From assembly GCF_009914755.1 (NCBI RefSeq), contig NC_060945.1: a stretch of 64,000 nt of DNA. One strand, given 5' to 3'. How positions within the stretch are numbered: the first letter of the stretch is position 1; each line of letters begins with the position of its first letter. The translations under genes and the position numbers were made by a program. Under the pieces are notes generated by a model. The model saw only the letters and a program-made list of their open reading frames with translations. It made no database searches and had not been told where the DNA came from. Below are positions 1 to 17,689 of this stretch, piece by piece. The stretch comes from the human T2T-CHM13v2.0 reference genome, Homo sapiens.

Positions 1-10
1 GCATACAGAA

Positions 11-89
11 ATCACACACATGCATGCACATGCACACACACAGACACACGCACACACACAGACACACGCGCACACACACACACACACAC
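11..89. repeat. Imperfect (CA)n microsatellite
   Basis: Interrupted CACACA runs; explains the HAHTQT start of ORF 20..382. Confidence 0.9.
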
Positions 90-701
90 TTTTATTTAAA
101 TTAAATTCTGAACTCCAGTGGTCTGTTCCTCTGCTGCCACCCACTGCCCCAGCAAGCCCACACAGCTTTACACACCATATGGGCCTAGAGTTTTCAAATT
201 ACTTATTTGGCAATGTACGACCCCAAACACTCTGCTTTCTCTCAAATCCACATCTGTATGCCTTTACACCTAGTATTTCTTTCCCTCTTTGTCTTGCAGA
301 ACTAAGTCCCCCTCTTCCTTCCAGATGCAGGCCAAATGTCAGCTCTTCTCTGATTCCCACCTCAGGCAAGATCAAGGAGTAAATCACTCCCTGCCATCCC
401 ACCCTTTACTGCCCTCAATTATTGCAGAGCAAGATAAGATCTGTGCTGTAAGTGGCTGGTCTTAGGAGAGATTATAACACTGAAGTGCTTGAAGAAAATG
501 AAGAAAACCATTCTGTTTGACATTATTTAAATAAGCTGTTTCAATGAAGATTTACTGCCCTGTATTCAACAGAAAATTTTAGTGCCCGAGTAACATCCCT
601 TTGTTTAAGAATTAAAATTAAAAGACTAACTCCAGAATGGAAGGCAAAAAGAGTGTTCCAATGCTATAGAACCACTTTTTAGTATCATGCAATTTCCACA
701 T

Positions 702-1149
702 TGCTATGATTTTAATATGGCTTGGCCAAAACCTCATGTCGAAAATTTGGTCCCCAATGTGGCAGTGTTGGAAGTGGGATAAAATGGAAGGTGTTTGGGT
801 CATGGGGGCAGGTCTCTCGTGAACAGACTAATGCCCTTCCTCAGGGATGAAGGAGTTCTCCCTCTCAAGAAAATGGATTGGTTCCAATGAGAGTGGGTTG
901 TTTAAAAACAGTATGGCTTTCTTGGCTTCTCTCTCTCTTGCTTCCTCTCTCACCATATGGCCTCTGCACACACCAGCTCACCTTCTGCTTTCTGCCATGA
1001 GTGAAAGCAGTATGAGGCCCTCACCAGATGCAGCTGTCCATTCTTGGACTTTTCAGCCACCAGAATCATAAGCCAAATAATCTTCTTTTTTTTTTAATAA
1101 ATTACCCAGCCTTGGATATTCTGTTACAGCAATAAAAAACAGACTAACA
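702..1149 (+). mobile_element. MaLR solo LTR, MST family (MSTB/MSTD-like)
   Basis: Starts TGCTATGATTT...AACCTCATGT, has CCCTCACCAGATGCAG and AATAAA, ends GGATATTCTGTTACAGCAA...AGACTAACA. Confidence 0.75.
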
Positions 1150-2264
1150 TAGATATATAATATATTTGTAAAGCAAACATGAAATAACCATGGCAGGGAT
1201 GACCAATTAGCAAATTTATTGCTTAAAATTCTATATAAAATGCATATTATTATCTTCAGACAATTGTTTGAGTAAACTATTGTCTTAATTTCAATATTAT
1301 CAATGTCATTAAAAGTAATAGTTGTTTTATTTACCAAGTACAATTCCACACGGACTAGATTCAGTCATTTTTGTTTAAGTTTTTGTTTTTATTTTTATGC
1401 ATAAAACCATGATATAACTAAAATCAATTTCTAAAAAAATTGATTTTATTTTTGTAGACTGGATTTTCTTTATTAATTACAATGTACAATTGGGCTTTGT
1501 CTCTGATCGGGTTTTAGTACCTATAAGTTAAGGTACTTATAGTGAAAAGTCACTTACAGTGAAAACTTACAGTGAAAAGTCAAGATTTATAAATATAAAA
1601 TAATATCTCTTGGGATCTAATTTCAAGTGGCTAAAAGCCTTAATAAATTAGCTTTGTAAATATAAGCATTAATGGAAATATGATTTGTTAAATTGCTAAT
1701 TCTTCTCTTAATATTTTTCTGGTTGTCTAAACACAGAAATCTCTGTATATAAAAGCCATGTAGAAATAAATCAATATATATATTTCTTAACTGTGGATTG
1801 ACCCTCCCTCCCTGAATGATTTCTTTAAATGATAAATTAAAACTGATCAAGTGAGAAAATATATGTGAAATCATTTGAAAGTTAAAAAGCTATAAAAATG
1901 TAAGATACTCTTATTTAACTGCACTCAATGAAACCATCTGAAGACTAGCATTCTACCATCTAGTTTTTTCTTTTGATAGTTCCAAACTGGTAATTGGTTT
2001 ACATTATCTCTGTTAGAATTTCTACTATAGTATAGTCTAGGAAGAAAAGCAAACAAAATCTAAAATATTGTATCCCTGAGTATTAAAGGCAAATCCTATG
2101 AATACTTCTAAAGAGGTAATCAAATCACTTTTAAAAAATTATTATAGCAAGGAAATGAGTTGTATATTGTATTTTCAGTTCTTGTGCATTTTTGTATTTT
2201 GCCTTTTCACCTGATTACATGTTAGAAATCATATATGTTTTTCTCTATTCTCTTTTTCTAGAAA

Positions 2265-2266
<2 letters not shown>

Positions 2267-2353
<87 letters not shown>

Positions 2354-2393
2354 GATATATAGATATATCTATCTATCTATCTATCTATCTATA
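2267..2393. repeat. Compound (TA)n(GA)n(TATC)n microsatellite
   Basis: Directly visible. Confidence 0.95.
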
Positions 2394-3334
2394 TCAACTT
2401 GGGTCACTGGTGTTGTTATTGATTTTTCTCATGTGGCATGGTAATGTAGCTTCAGCTTTTCTAACAATATGAAAGAAGATCAAGTTTCCAAGAAGAAGGC
2501 TTGAATGGTCCTTCCCATGATGTACACTCAACATAAACTTGGGTAGACCAGGCCAGACCAACAAAGGTGAAGGAAAGTCAGGATGCAAGCTGGCTCAGGG
2601 GAATGAGTTCCACAATAACCCTCAAAAACAAAGAATGGTAATCTGGCTTTCTTGTGACCTATGAAATTAAAAGTACTTAAATATTGCCTAGAAATAAAAT
2701 GCATTTTCATTTTTTGCTTTATTTAAGCATTTATATTCCTGTTATGAACTAAAGATTTGGGTCCTGAAGACATAAATATCACAAAAATCTGAAACACCTA
2801 CCAATGAACTATTTTCTCTGCTGACACAGCAGGAAGAAGACTGAGCTTGTATTTGTTGTATTGCAAGCTGCTCTAGTTTGCTTTTCAAGCTGAACAGGAC
2901 GGTGACATTTTACAGTATCTTATACACTAGAGTGTTAAAATGCTTTTGCAAGCAAGACTTCACTCAGATTTCTTGGAAGTGTTTCAAAATTACATCATTC
3001 TCATTACTAATAAGTATATCTTTTTTGCTTTCCTGATGTTTAGCCAAAATGTTTTTTCTTTTTAGACTGTCTTATTCATTATAGTTTTACTACTTCATAC
3101 CATGTTAAATAATTTTCTTTGCTCTCTAAATTTTTCAAATGTTATGTTCTCCTCTCTTTTCTTTGGCCAGATTATGCATATTTTATACCCTTTATTTTCT
3201 CTTATAAAATCACTTCCACTTCATAAATGATTTATATTACTCTCCTCTGAATCCTTCTCCTCCAAGATTGTTTCCAAATCTGAAGTGATTAGATTCACCA
3301 GTATTAGCTGCCCTGTGCAGTTGCTGCTCTGAGC

Positions 3335-3530
3335 TCTTAACATTTATTAACATATTCAATCCTCACAACAGCTTTATAAGGTACAGCCTAGTATTTTAGG
3401 CTGATGAGCGACAGGTATGGAGAAGTTAAGCAATTTACCTGTGTTTATTCATCTAGTTACGTAGCAGAACTAGACCTGGAACTCAGATTTTCTCGTTCCA
3501 GAGCCTATTCTTAACTACTCTACCATATTG
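3335..3530 (-). mobile_element. MIR SINE
   Basis: AATCCTCACAACAGC...GAGAAGTTAAGCAATTTACC...GAACTCAGA, the antisense MIR core. Confidence 0.7.
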
Positions 3531-4629
3531 TCTCTCTATAGCAAACTGATTCATTAGATTAAATCTAAACTGTTACTTCCTTTATTCATAAAATGAGCAT
3601 ATTTATGAAAAATCAGAAATTAAATCAGAGTCAAGAGAGATTGTACTGAAATAATTTTTGTGTGTGCTATGGCAATGTAACTCAGTATACATTCTAGCCT
3701 CTCTTACAACTTAAACCCAACCTAAAATATGAATTGAACAGCCTGCCATTCTGCATTGTTATTTCATGGGATCTTTGAGATATTTTGACCTGAGAGCTGC
3801 TTTTTACAACACAAGTATTTCCAAGGATAGTTATATCTTAGCTATTATCAGCTACTATTGTATGTATCTCTTGTTACCATAAGAATAAGTGGAAGTTAGG
3901 GGACAACATGGATTGGACACTTACATATCCACTTACTTATCTTTTGCTTGTCTGTATCTTCCTGATTTTCTACAATCAACATTACCAGTCTGTTGTTAAA
4001 AATATATATATATATTTTTAAACAGATAAATCTGAATTATAGAGTATATTCAGGATTAAAAGTTACCTGCAATTTTTTTCAAGTTGAACACTCTAGAAAA
4101 TCACATAATAATTTATTCTCCAAATTTTTATTATATACCTATGATTTTGTCATACTGTAGGCACCAAAATAGGTGTGGTAGATTTAAAAGGGAGAGACAG
4201 AAAGAGAGCAGTCAAATGGGTACTCTGCCCAGGAGCACAGTAATGAAGATAAAACAAGAATTGAAAACATATAATTCTAATAAAACCACTACAGATAAGC
4301 CATATTCCCAAATAGATGGCAGACTATACTTTTCATGTTAAACTAAACCTTAATAAACAAATGTATTTAAAATTATTAAGTAAATTTGTACTTAATTAGT
4401 GAAAAGGGCAACATACAGCCATAATAAATTATGTACTGAAAAGTTAAAATGTTAAAAATAAAAATTCCTTAGCCCAGTGCCTTGTTTATAGCAGGTATCA
4501 TAAGTATTTGTACAGCAAGCAATAATGTACATAATATAACTCGAATTGTGCAAAAGTTTGTTGCTCTTACATAATGAATATGAATCTATCATCTATGAAT
4601 CCATCTTCCACTGGATGTCTGGAGAAAAT

Positions 4630-4784
4630 AGCAGCAGAAGAAGAATAGCAAGAGGATGAGGAAGAAAAAGAAGAAGAAAAGAAGAGGAAGAAGAAAAAGG
4701 AGGAGGAGGAGGGGAAGGAGAAGAATTATAAGAAGAAAAGAAGAGCAAGAGGAAGAAGAAGGAGGAGGAGGAGGAGGAAGAAGA
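4630..4784. repeat. (GAA/GGA)n polypurine tract, resuming at 5240-5285 after the LTR7
   Basis: Directly visible. Confidence 0.9.
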
Positions 4785-5239
4785 TGTCAGGCCTCTGAGC
4801 CCAAGCTAAGCCATCATATCCCCTGTGACCTGCAGGTATACATCCAGATGGCCTGAAGTAACTGAAGAATCACAAAACAAGTGATATTTAAATGGCCTGT
4901 TCATGCCTTAACTGATGACATTCCACCACAAAAGAAGTGAAAATGGCCGGTCCTTGCCTTAACTGATGACATTACCTTGTGAAATTCCTTCTCCTGGCTC
5001 ATCCCGGCTCAAAAGCTCCCCAACGAGCACCTTGTGACCCCCACCCCTGCCCGCCAGAGAACAACCCCCTTTGACTGTAATTTTCCTTTACCTCCCCAAA
5101 CTTATAAGACGGCCCCACCCCTGTCTCCCTTTGCTGACTCTCTTTTTGGACTCAGCCCGCCTGCACCCAGGTGAAATAAACAGCCTTGTTGCTCACACAA
5201 AGCCTGTTTGGTGGTCTCTTCACACGGACGCCAGTGAAA
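4785..5239 (+). mobile_element. Solo LTR7 (HERV-H LTR)
   Basis: TGTCAGGCCTCTGAGCCCAAGC...AATAAA...CACACGGACG..TGAAA; closely similar to the LTRs at 38474 and 44381; 5-bp TSD GAAGA/GAAGG; no PBS after it. Confidence 0.95.
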
Positions 5240-7128
5240 GAAGGGAGGAGGGCAAGGAGGGAGGAGGAAGGAGGAAGGACGAAGAATTGAAGAATTATCT
5301 TACTCTCTTCCATAAGAAAACATCATCTTTCAGGTAAACCCAGCCTCTAAATTCTAGACATTCAGTAATTTCCCAACCATACTCTACATATATCAAATAA
5401 AGCAAAGAAATAACATACCAAGATGGAGGAGGAGCCTGTCACTCACCTTCCCCCAAGACTTCACTGTTGTGTAATGATGGGTGGATGCTCCAATCAGGGC
5501 CCCACACAGCTGGATACTGTTCCATCTGAAGTTGTAGCTAGCAGAACCCTTGTCTCCTCTCTCCTGAATCTAACTCCAGTGTCCTCACACCTGATGTCGA
5601 ATGTCTGGCTATTGATGGATGTAGCTGATGGCTTTATCCAAGCAGCCCTTCAGTGGTGTCTGGGTGGCTAACTGGATTCACTCTGCAACCTCCTTTTGCC
5701 ATCTTGTTTCTTTTACCTGAATCTCATTCACATACTCATTCAACCAACAGGGTTGAAACTGAAAACCAAACACAGCAGAAGGAACGACCCAAGGTCTTCT
5801 TAGAATGACGAAAACCACTCGGTTGCTTTCCATTACTTTCTGAATTTGCAAGCCCTGTTCCAGTTTGCTGGTGTCTTCTAAGAGTTTGAATATTTGTGAA
5901 TCAGTTCACTTTGTTTTAACTTTTGGCCTTTATTGGGTTTGCTTCAAACGTATTGTCTTTATGTAAGACACATTCAATTTCTTAACCAAACTTTGTTAGT
6001 AAAGAAAAAAACATTTTGTCTTTTCTTTATAAAGTATGGAAAGACTGGCTGTACTAAAATACTAGCTTCATTTTCTCCCTAGTCAGATTTATGTTGTAAC
6101 ATGTAAATTTTAAAAGAGAAAGAGAGAAGAGAAACATACTGAGACAGAGCTATCTTTATAACTGCTGTAGACTTGCCCTTTCCCTCATCCCAATTTCAAA
6201 AAAGATGATATAAAGCTTCATGTTGGCAAGTTAATCACAGTCAGGGAGAGAATGAGCTCAACTGTGTATGTAAAAACTTAGTTGTTTTTCTTTGATTCAT
6301 CCGATAGCATCACACTGGGTCAGTTTCTTGTTTATGCTGTCTTTATTGTTTCTGGTCTTAGAACAATAAACAGCCCTAAGTGGTTTCAATTACAGCAGCA
6401 AAACTGTGCAAATGAACTTTGGCTTTGTTTCATATTGAATAGAGGGTTTTTATGATTTTATAAATGGTGATGTTTAGGAATCTTGCCAAACCTGTTCTAT
6501 AAACAGTGAAGAGTCACATTTGCCAGCTCTAGGCCTTTAAATATCCTTCCCTTGATATGGATAAAATGTTTTTAAAGTTGTCCTATGGAGATGAATAGGA
6601 ATGATGAAATTATCTGCAGATTTAGCATCAATTTGCAAAAACAAAGTATTGGAATGTTTTTGCTGGTCATGTATCCATTAGCCAATACCTGATTTTTTTG
6701 TATGTCTTCCTTAATTGCAGGACAGTATTAGTCAACTGTCACTCACTTTTAACAAATTTAACATACAATTGTAACAGCAAGAATACATTACATTATGCTA
6801 CGGTTACAAATAAACTCCCACCTTCCCAATCTTGATAGCTTCATAGCATAAAAATTTGTGGATAAAAGTATTCAGTAAGTCAGGGAAATATCCTACCTCA
6901 TGTTCCCACAATCACCTGGATGGGGGAAAATAATTCTACAGATTCCTACACAACCAATTAAACATTCCAGAATTGGTAGCACAGGCCCTGCATCCACAGG
7001 GGGTCCAGAAAAGTCAACCTTTCATTTACCTTAGTGCAGAGACATGGCAAGGCAAGGCACTAATTCATTTACAGAACTTGAAGTTTCAGTCTTAGAGAAT
7101 ATTTTGGAAGTCACCATTGGTTAGTGAA

Positions 7129-7503
7129 TGTATTAGTCGACTAGAACTGACATAAAATATCACAGACTGGTTGGCATAAACAACAGAAATTAATTTCTCA
7201 CAGTTCTGGAAGGTGGAAATCTAAGACTACAATGTCAGCATGTTTGGTTTCTCTTGAGACTTCTCCTCTTGGCTTACAAATGGCTATCTTCTTGCCATGT
7301 TTTTACATGGCCTTTACTCAGTGCATGTTCATCCCTGGTGTCTCTTTCTCATTAGAATATTGGATTGGAAAGCACCCATATGAACTCATTTAACATTAAT
7401 TATCTCTTTGAAGGCCGTATCTCCAAATATGGTTACATTCTGAGGTACTGGGGGTTGGGACTTCATCAAATGAATTTTCAGGGGACACAGTTCAGCCTGT
7501 CAG
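7129..7503 (-). mobile_element. MLT1 (MaLR) solo LTR
   Basis: TGTATTAGT...AACAACAGAAATT..TTTCTCACAGTTCTGGA...CACATTCTGAGGTACTGGGGGTT-like segment...GGGGACACA. Confidence 0.8.
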
Positions 7504-7750
7504 AGTGAATGAACCATCACAAATCGGTCAGTGTGTCTTTGCAGTTAAGATTTACAAGTTGGAGGGGGGAGGAGCCAAGATGGCCGAATAGGAACAGCTC
7601 CGGTCTACAGCTCCCAGCGTGAGCGACGCAGAAGATGGGTGATTTCTGCATTTCCATCTGAGGTACTGGGTTCATCTCACTAGAGAGTGCCAGACAGTGG
7701 GTGCAGGTCAGTGGGTGCAGGGCACCGTGCACGAGCCAAAGCAGGGCAAG

Positions 7751-8017
7751 TCATTGCCTCACTTGGGAAGTGCAAGGGGTCAGAAGGTTCCCTTTCCGAG
7801 TCAAAGAAAGGGGTGACGGACAGCACCTGGAAAATCGGGTCACTCCCACCCGAATACTGAGCTTTTCCGATGGGCTTAAAAAACGGCACACCACGAGATT
7901 ATACCCCACACCTGGCTCGGAGGGTCCTACGCCCACGGAGTCTCGCTGATTGCTAGCACAGCAGTCTGAGATCAAACTGCAAGGCGGCAGTGAGGCTGGG
8001 GGAGGGACCCCCGCCAT
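7751..8017 (-). CDS. ORF0: L1 antisense ORF0 homolog, open, 88 aa
   Basis: MAGVPPPASLPPCSLISDCCASNQRDSVGVGPSEPGVGY... inside ORF 7751..8257 matches the primate L1 ORF0 N-terminus; expression unknown. Confidence 0.6.
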   Translation of the reverse strand: MAGVPPPASLPPCSLISDCCASNQRDSVGVGPSEPGVGYNLVVCRFLSPSEKLSIRVGVTRFSRCCPSPLSLTRKGNLLTPCTSQVRQ

Positions 8018-8464
8018 TGCCCAGGCTTGATTAGGTAAACAAAGCAGCCAGGAAGCTCGAACTGGGTGGAGCCCACCACAGCTCAAGGAGTCCTGCCTGC
8101 CTCTGTAGGCTCCACCTCTGGGGGCAGGGCAAAGACAAACAAAAAGACAGCAGTAACTTCCGCAGACTGAAATGTCCCTGTCTGACAGCTTTGAAGAGAG
8201 CAGTGGTTCTCCCAGCACGCAGCTGGAGATCTGAGAATGGGCAGACTGCCTCCTCAAGTGGGTCCCTGACCCCCGAGCAGCCTAACTGGGAGGCACCCCC
8301 AGCAGGGGCACACTGACACCTCACACGGCAGGTTATTCCAACAGACCTGCAGCTGAGGGTCCTGTCTGTTAGAAGGAAAACTAACAAACAGAAAGGACAT
8401 CCACACCAAAAACCCATCTGTATATCACCATCATCAAAGACCAAAAGTAGATAAAACTACAAAG

Positions 8465-9481
8465 ATGGGGAAAAAACAGAACAGAAAAACTGGAAACTCT
8501 AAAAAGCAGAGCGCCTCTCCTCCTCCACAGGAATGCAGTTCCTCACCAGCAACGGAACAAAGCTGGATGGAGAATGACTTTGACGAGCTGAGAGAAGAAG
8601 GCTTCAGACGATCAAATTACTCCGAGCTATGGGAGGACATTCAAACCAAAGGCAAAGAAGTTCAAAACTTTGAAAAAAATTTAGAAGAATGTATAACTAG
8701 AATAACCAATACAGAGAAGTGCTTAAAGGAGCCGATGGAGCTGAAAACCAAGGCTCCAGAACTACGTGAAGAATGCAGAAGCCTCAGGAGCTGATGCAAT
8801 CAACTGGAAGAAAGGGTATCAGCAATGGAAGATGAAATGAATGAAATGAAGTGAGAAGGGAAGTTTAGAGAAAAAAGAATAAAAAGAAATGAGCAAAGCC
8901 TCCAAGAAATATGGAACTATGTGAAAAGACCAAATCTACGTCTGATTGGTGTACCTGAAAGTGATGGGGAGAATGGAACCAAGTTGGAAAACACACTGCA
9001 GGATATTATCCAGGAGAACTTCCCCAATCTAGCAAGGCAGGCCAATGTTCAGATTCAGGAAATACAGAGAATGCCACAAAGATACTCCTCAAGAAGAGCA
9101 ACTCCAAGACACATAATTGTCAGATTCACCAAAGTTGAAATGAAGGAAAAAATGTTAAGGACAGCCAGAGAGAAAGGTCGGGTTACCCTCAAAGGGAAGC
9201 CCATCAGACTAACAGCGGATCTCTCGGCAGAAACCCTACAAGCCAGAAGAGAGTGGGGGCCAATATTCAACATTCTTAAAGAAAAGAATTTTCAACCCAG
9301 AATTTCATATCCAGCCAAACTAAGCTTCATAAGTGAAGGATAAATAAAATACTTTACAGACAAGCAAATGCTGAGAGACTTTGTCACCACCAGGCCTGCC
9401 CTAAAAGAGCTCCTGAAGGAAGTGCTAAATATGGAAAGGAACAACCGGTACCAGCCACTGCAAAATCATGCCAAAATGTAA
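8465..9481 (+). pseudogene. L1 ORF1p (RNA-binding chaperone), disrupted
   Basis: MGKKQNRKTGNSK...; premature stops at 8792, 8852 and 9341. Confidence 0.95.
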
Positions 9482-9544
9482 AGACCATCGAGACTAGGAA
9501 GAAACTGCATCAACTAACGAGCAAAATAACCAGCTAACATCATC

Positions 9545-13366
<3,822 letters not shown>

Positions 13367-13815
13367 ACAATGAGATCACATGGACACAGGAAGGGGAACA
13401 TCACACTCTGGGGACTGTTGTGGGGTGGGTGGAGCGGGGAGGGATAGCATTGGGATATATACCTAATGCTAGATGATGAGTTAGTGGGTGCAGCACACCA
13501 GCATGGCACATGTATACATATGTAACAAACCTGCATATTGTGCACATGTACCCTAAAACTTAAAAGTATAATTAATAAAAAAAAAAAAGATTTACAAGTT
13601 GGAAATAATTTGCAAGCAAAAGTAAGACTGACCAATATTAGGAATCCTATGTGCAGAATTTAGAGTTTCAAGTATGAGAAATTTTTCTAACTACTATACA
13701 AAATCTTCTTTGATTCCAGTTTATTTCAGGATTTTAATAAAAATAGTTAACTGGAAAATGTAGAACATTGCCTATGCTGTTCCAATTAGCTGTTTCCATT
13801 TTTCCAGAATATGCT

Positions 13816-14211
13816 TGATACGGTTCGGATGGTTGTTTCCTGCAAAACTCATGTTGAAATGTGATTCCTGGTGCTGGAGATGGGTCCTGGTGGGAGATGT
13901 TTGGATCCTGGCTTAGCACCGTGTCCTTGGTGATAAGTGAGTTCTCCCTCAGTTCACAAAAGATCTAGTTGTTTAAAATAGTCTGGGACCTCCCACTTCT
14001 CTCTCTCTTGCTCCTGCTCTTGCTGTGTGATACACCAGCTCCCCTTTTGCCTTCCACCACGAGTGGAAGCTTCCTGAGGCCCTCACCAGGAACAGATCCA
14101 GCACCATGCTTCCTGTACAGCCTACAGAACTATGAGCCAAATAAACCACTTTTTAAAATAAATTATCCAGTCTCAGATATTCCTTTATAATAACACAAAT
14201 AGACTAACACA
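13816..14211 (+). mobile_element. MSTA-like MaLR solo LTR
   Basis: TGATACGGTT...CTCATGTTGAAATGTGA...GACTAACACA; perfect 5-bp TSD ATGCT. Confidence 0.88.
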
Positions 14212-15199
14212 ATGCTGTTTCAATTATCATTAAATATTTTTAAGAGAATTCCAAGTAAAAAACTAACTGATATCAAAAATTATAAAATTTAGTCCTTATC
14301 AACATGAAGAAATTATGTCAATATAATGATTTGCCTTTAGAGTGCTGTTGCTTATTTTTCATCTGACCTATTGTTAAGGATCTTGATTCAATGGAATTAG
14401 GAAAAACTATATTTTCATTTATGTGCTACGCATTTTCAAAATGTGGTTCTGCAAAATGAACCTATATTGCACTTTAACACTAAGCACATAAGTATTTACA
14501 ATTTTGTATGTATCCTTGTTTTAATCAGTTAACCTCGTCAAGCTTTAATTTCATATGTGCATAAAAGAAGATGATAAGACTGACTTCTCACCTTTAAGAG
14601 AGGATAATATTTGAATATAGGTTGTAAATAGGCAATCACATAAAATGTAATGAAAGCCAACGTCAGAAGATAAAGATTCCTAAGTATAAAAATTGAGTTT
14701 TATGAGGGGTTGCTGGAGATGCTGAACTATCAACAGAGAAAGGTTATTAATTTTTGTAGGATTCATTTCTTCTCTATTACAGATGTAAAAACAAATTCAA
14801 AATTCAATTCATATTTTTTTCATTGAATCCTTTATTAATCAAAGAACTATATTTCAACTCATATAACTCTTAGAGGTCATCTAACACAAGGGATAATGCT
14901 GATCACATTAAAGCTAATCAATTTTAAATATATTTACACATGCCAAGACTGTGTAACTTAAAAAAAATGTCTTTTCTTAACTGCATAAATATTTCTGCTG
15001 ACAAAAACAATATTGCCAGTATGAGTCCCGAAGAAAAGTTAAATGCTATTTTTAAAATATAAAATGGAAAAGATAGTATAATACAACGCAAAATTTAAGG
15101 ACAGTTTGGTATATTGAACTGAGATTGTCCAAATTGTGTAAATACAGGCTTTGTGTAATGGTTTACATTTTATTAATGTCATTACCTTTAAAAGCAATT

Positions 15200-15543
15200 A
15201 TGTCATTACAAAGACAGAATGATAAATATGAGAGTCTGGGAAGAGTATGTGGGTGGGAGCAGGAAACAAAGAGGTTGATTAGTGGGTACAAACATAAAGT
15301 TAGATAGATGAAACAACCTACAATATGCAATAGCAGAATAGGGTGACTATAGTTAGCAACAATATAGTATATGTTTCAAAGTAGATAGAGGAGAGAACTT
15401 GAAATGTTACCAACACATAGAAATGATAAATGCTCAAGGTGGTGGATACCCCCAAAGGCTCTGACTCAGTCATTATACATTTTATGTACATAAAAAATAC
15501 ATGTACCCCCATAAACATGTAAAATATTTTGTATCAGTAAAAA
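15200..15543 (+). mobile_element. L1MA-type 3' end fragment
   Basis: GGGTACAAA...GAATAGGGTGACTATAGTTA...CATGTACCCCCATAAA 3'UTR. Confidence 0.75.
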
Positions 15544-16550
15544 GACTTGGGGGTGACTAAAGATTGTGAGTTGTGGAAAATAATTAGTTTACCCTGTTAA
15601 GCTCACACATCTGCTAGTCAATTAAATAAATAAATGTAATAATATTGTTAGTATTAACAAATATATAAAACATAGTGTTCCAATTCTTAACACTTAAGAC
15701 CATTGTTAGTTTTTCCTTCAAATAATACCCTCTAGGAAAATATTGGGTGACTGTTGCTTACTCTGCACAACTCAAATGACATTCATTTGGCAAACTTACT
15801 TCAACTCCTTAAAGGAAACATTAATTCTTTCTACTCTGAATCCCATTACTCTCAATGTTTTAACTTCTGAAATCCAGAACTCAGAATTTCCCTTAACCTG
15901 CCATCAGGTCCATCCTAAGGAATCCAGTGTCATTTGTCCTCTCAAGCACTATTTCTTCCATAGCCAATCTGTCTGTCCACACTTCTTTGCCTCCTAGTCT
16001 GCCCTGAAGCCCACGTGTTGTCCCTTTAACCAGTTTCTCACCAGCATCTTAGAAGCCCCTCTACCACCCACTTTATTTATCTCTTAATATTTAGTAGATG
16101 TCACAACCTTTTTCTCCACTTTGACCCATAGGCTGTCAAAGCAGTGACAAATTCACTTCATTTTACCCAAATTTCTTATAATTTAAACACCTCTAATTCA
16201 TAATCACTTTTTAATTTACCTTTTATTAAAATTAAAAGTTAGTTTACTCATAAGAATTTCATTTCCTGTAAAAAAAAAATATAGAGAAGTATACAAATGA
16301 GGAAGGAAATTACTCCAAATTTGAATATCTAGAGAGAATTATTATTAACATTTTGGTTAATGTCTTTCTATAATTCTCTCTCTTTCTACCTATATATTAT
16401 ATATATATATGAGATTCATATCTATTAGTCTTTTTCTCTAAGTTATGACTTTTTTGTGCTTACAAAGAACCACCTCAAGAATTAGCAAAATAACCATTAT
16501 TTTTATTTACTATATTTTTATAATTTTGGGGTTCTTTTAATAGCAACATC

Positions 16551-16755
16551 TGTATTAGTTAGGTTTCTCCAGAGAAACAGGACAAGTGAAATATATAAGT
16601 ATAAATAAAACGAGATTTATTACAGAGAATCAGTTCAGGCAATTACAGAAGCTAAGAAGTCCCACCATCTGACATTTACAAGCTAGAAACCCAGGAGACC
16701 CCTATAATTCCAGTCGGAGTGTGAAGACCGATGTTCTAGCTTGAAAACAGTCATC
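16551..16755 (-). mobile_element. MLT2 (ERVL) LTR fragment
   Basis: TGTATTAGTTAGGTTTCTCCAGAGAAACAG...GAAGTCCCACCATCTG. Confidence 0.7.
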
Positions 16756-17112
16756 TGCAATTTTTGATACATGGAATAAGAAAAACATTGGATTGTTTTA
16801 CAAGTTTAGCCAGGTTTTTAACAATTGTAAAATTTTAGCAGTTTTACAAAGTTGATCCAACATTGTATATTAAAAAAATCATCCTTTCTTCTGCTGATTC
16901 ATAATATTCTCCCCATCATATGCTAACTTTTCCAATTTACTCAAATCTATTTCTGAACTATGTATTTTGATCCACTTATCAGTCAGCCAGGTCATGTTGC
17001 AAATTCGTGATGTTTTAGTTATTTCAGCCTTGCTTCATGTTTTAATATTTTATCAAGTATATGTTCCCTCATTATTCATCTTTGCAAACCACCTTAAAAA
17101 ATAATTCTAGCT

Positions 17113-17448
<336 letters not shown>

Positions 17449-17689
17449 AATAATTCTAGCTAATTCCCTTTTAGACTTGCAGCTGTAATTGTTCAGCTTT
17501 CCTCTTCTTTTAGATTTTCTACCACTCAATTTCCTTCACTCTCAGAAAATCCATTCCCCTCAATATATCGGAGACATAAAAGTTGCTCATCCTGAAATTT
17601 TTTAACCCCTCCTTTCAAAAATCTCTACTTATGCTACAAATACTCTTAGCTCTTCAAACACATCAGACTTCTTTGCCTGTAGACCCAAG

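Noticed and set aside
20-382. 120-aa His/Thr-rich ORF
   Set aside because: The N-terminus is a translated CA microsatellite and the rest has no recognisable domain
1535-1582. Threefold CTTACAGTGAAAA repeat
   Set aside because: Short local slippage duplication with no evidence of function
4656-4856. Arg/Lys-rich protamine-like ORF
   Set aside because: Translation of a polypurine simple repeat running into LTR7
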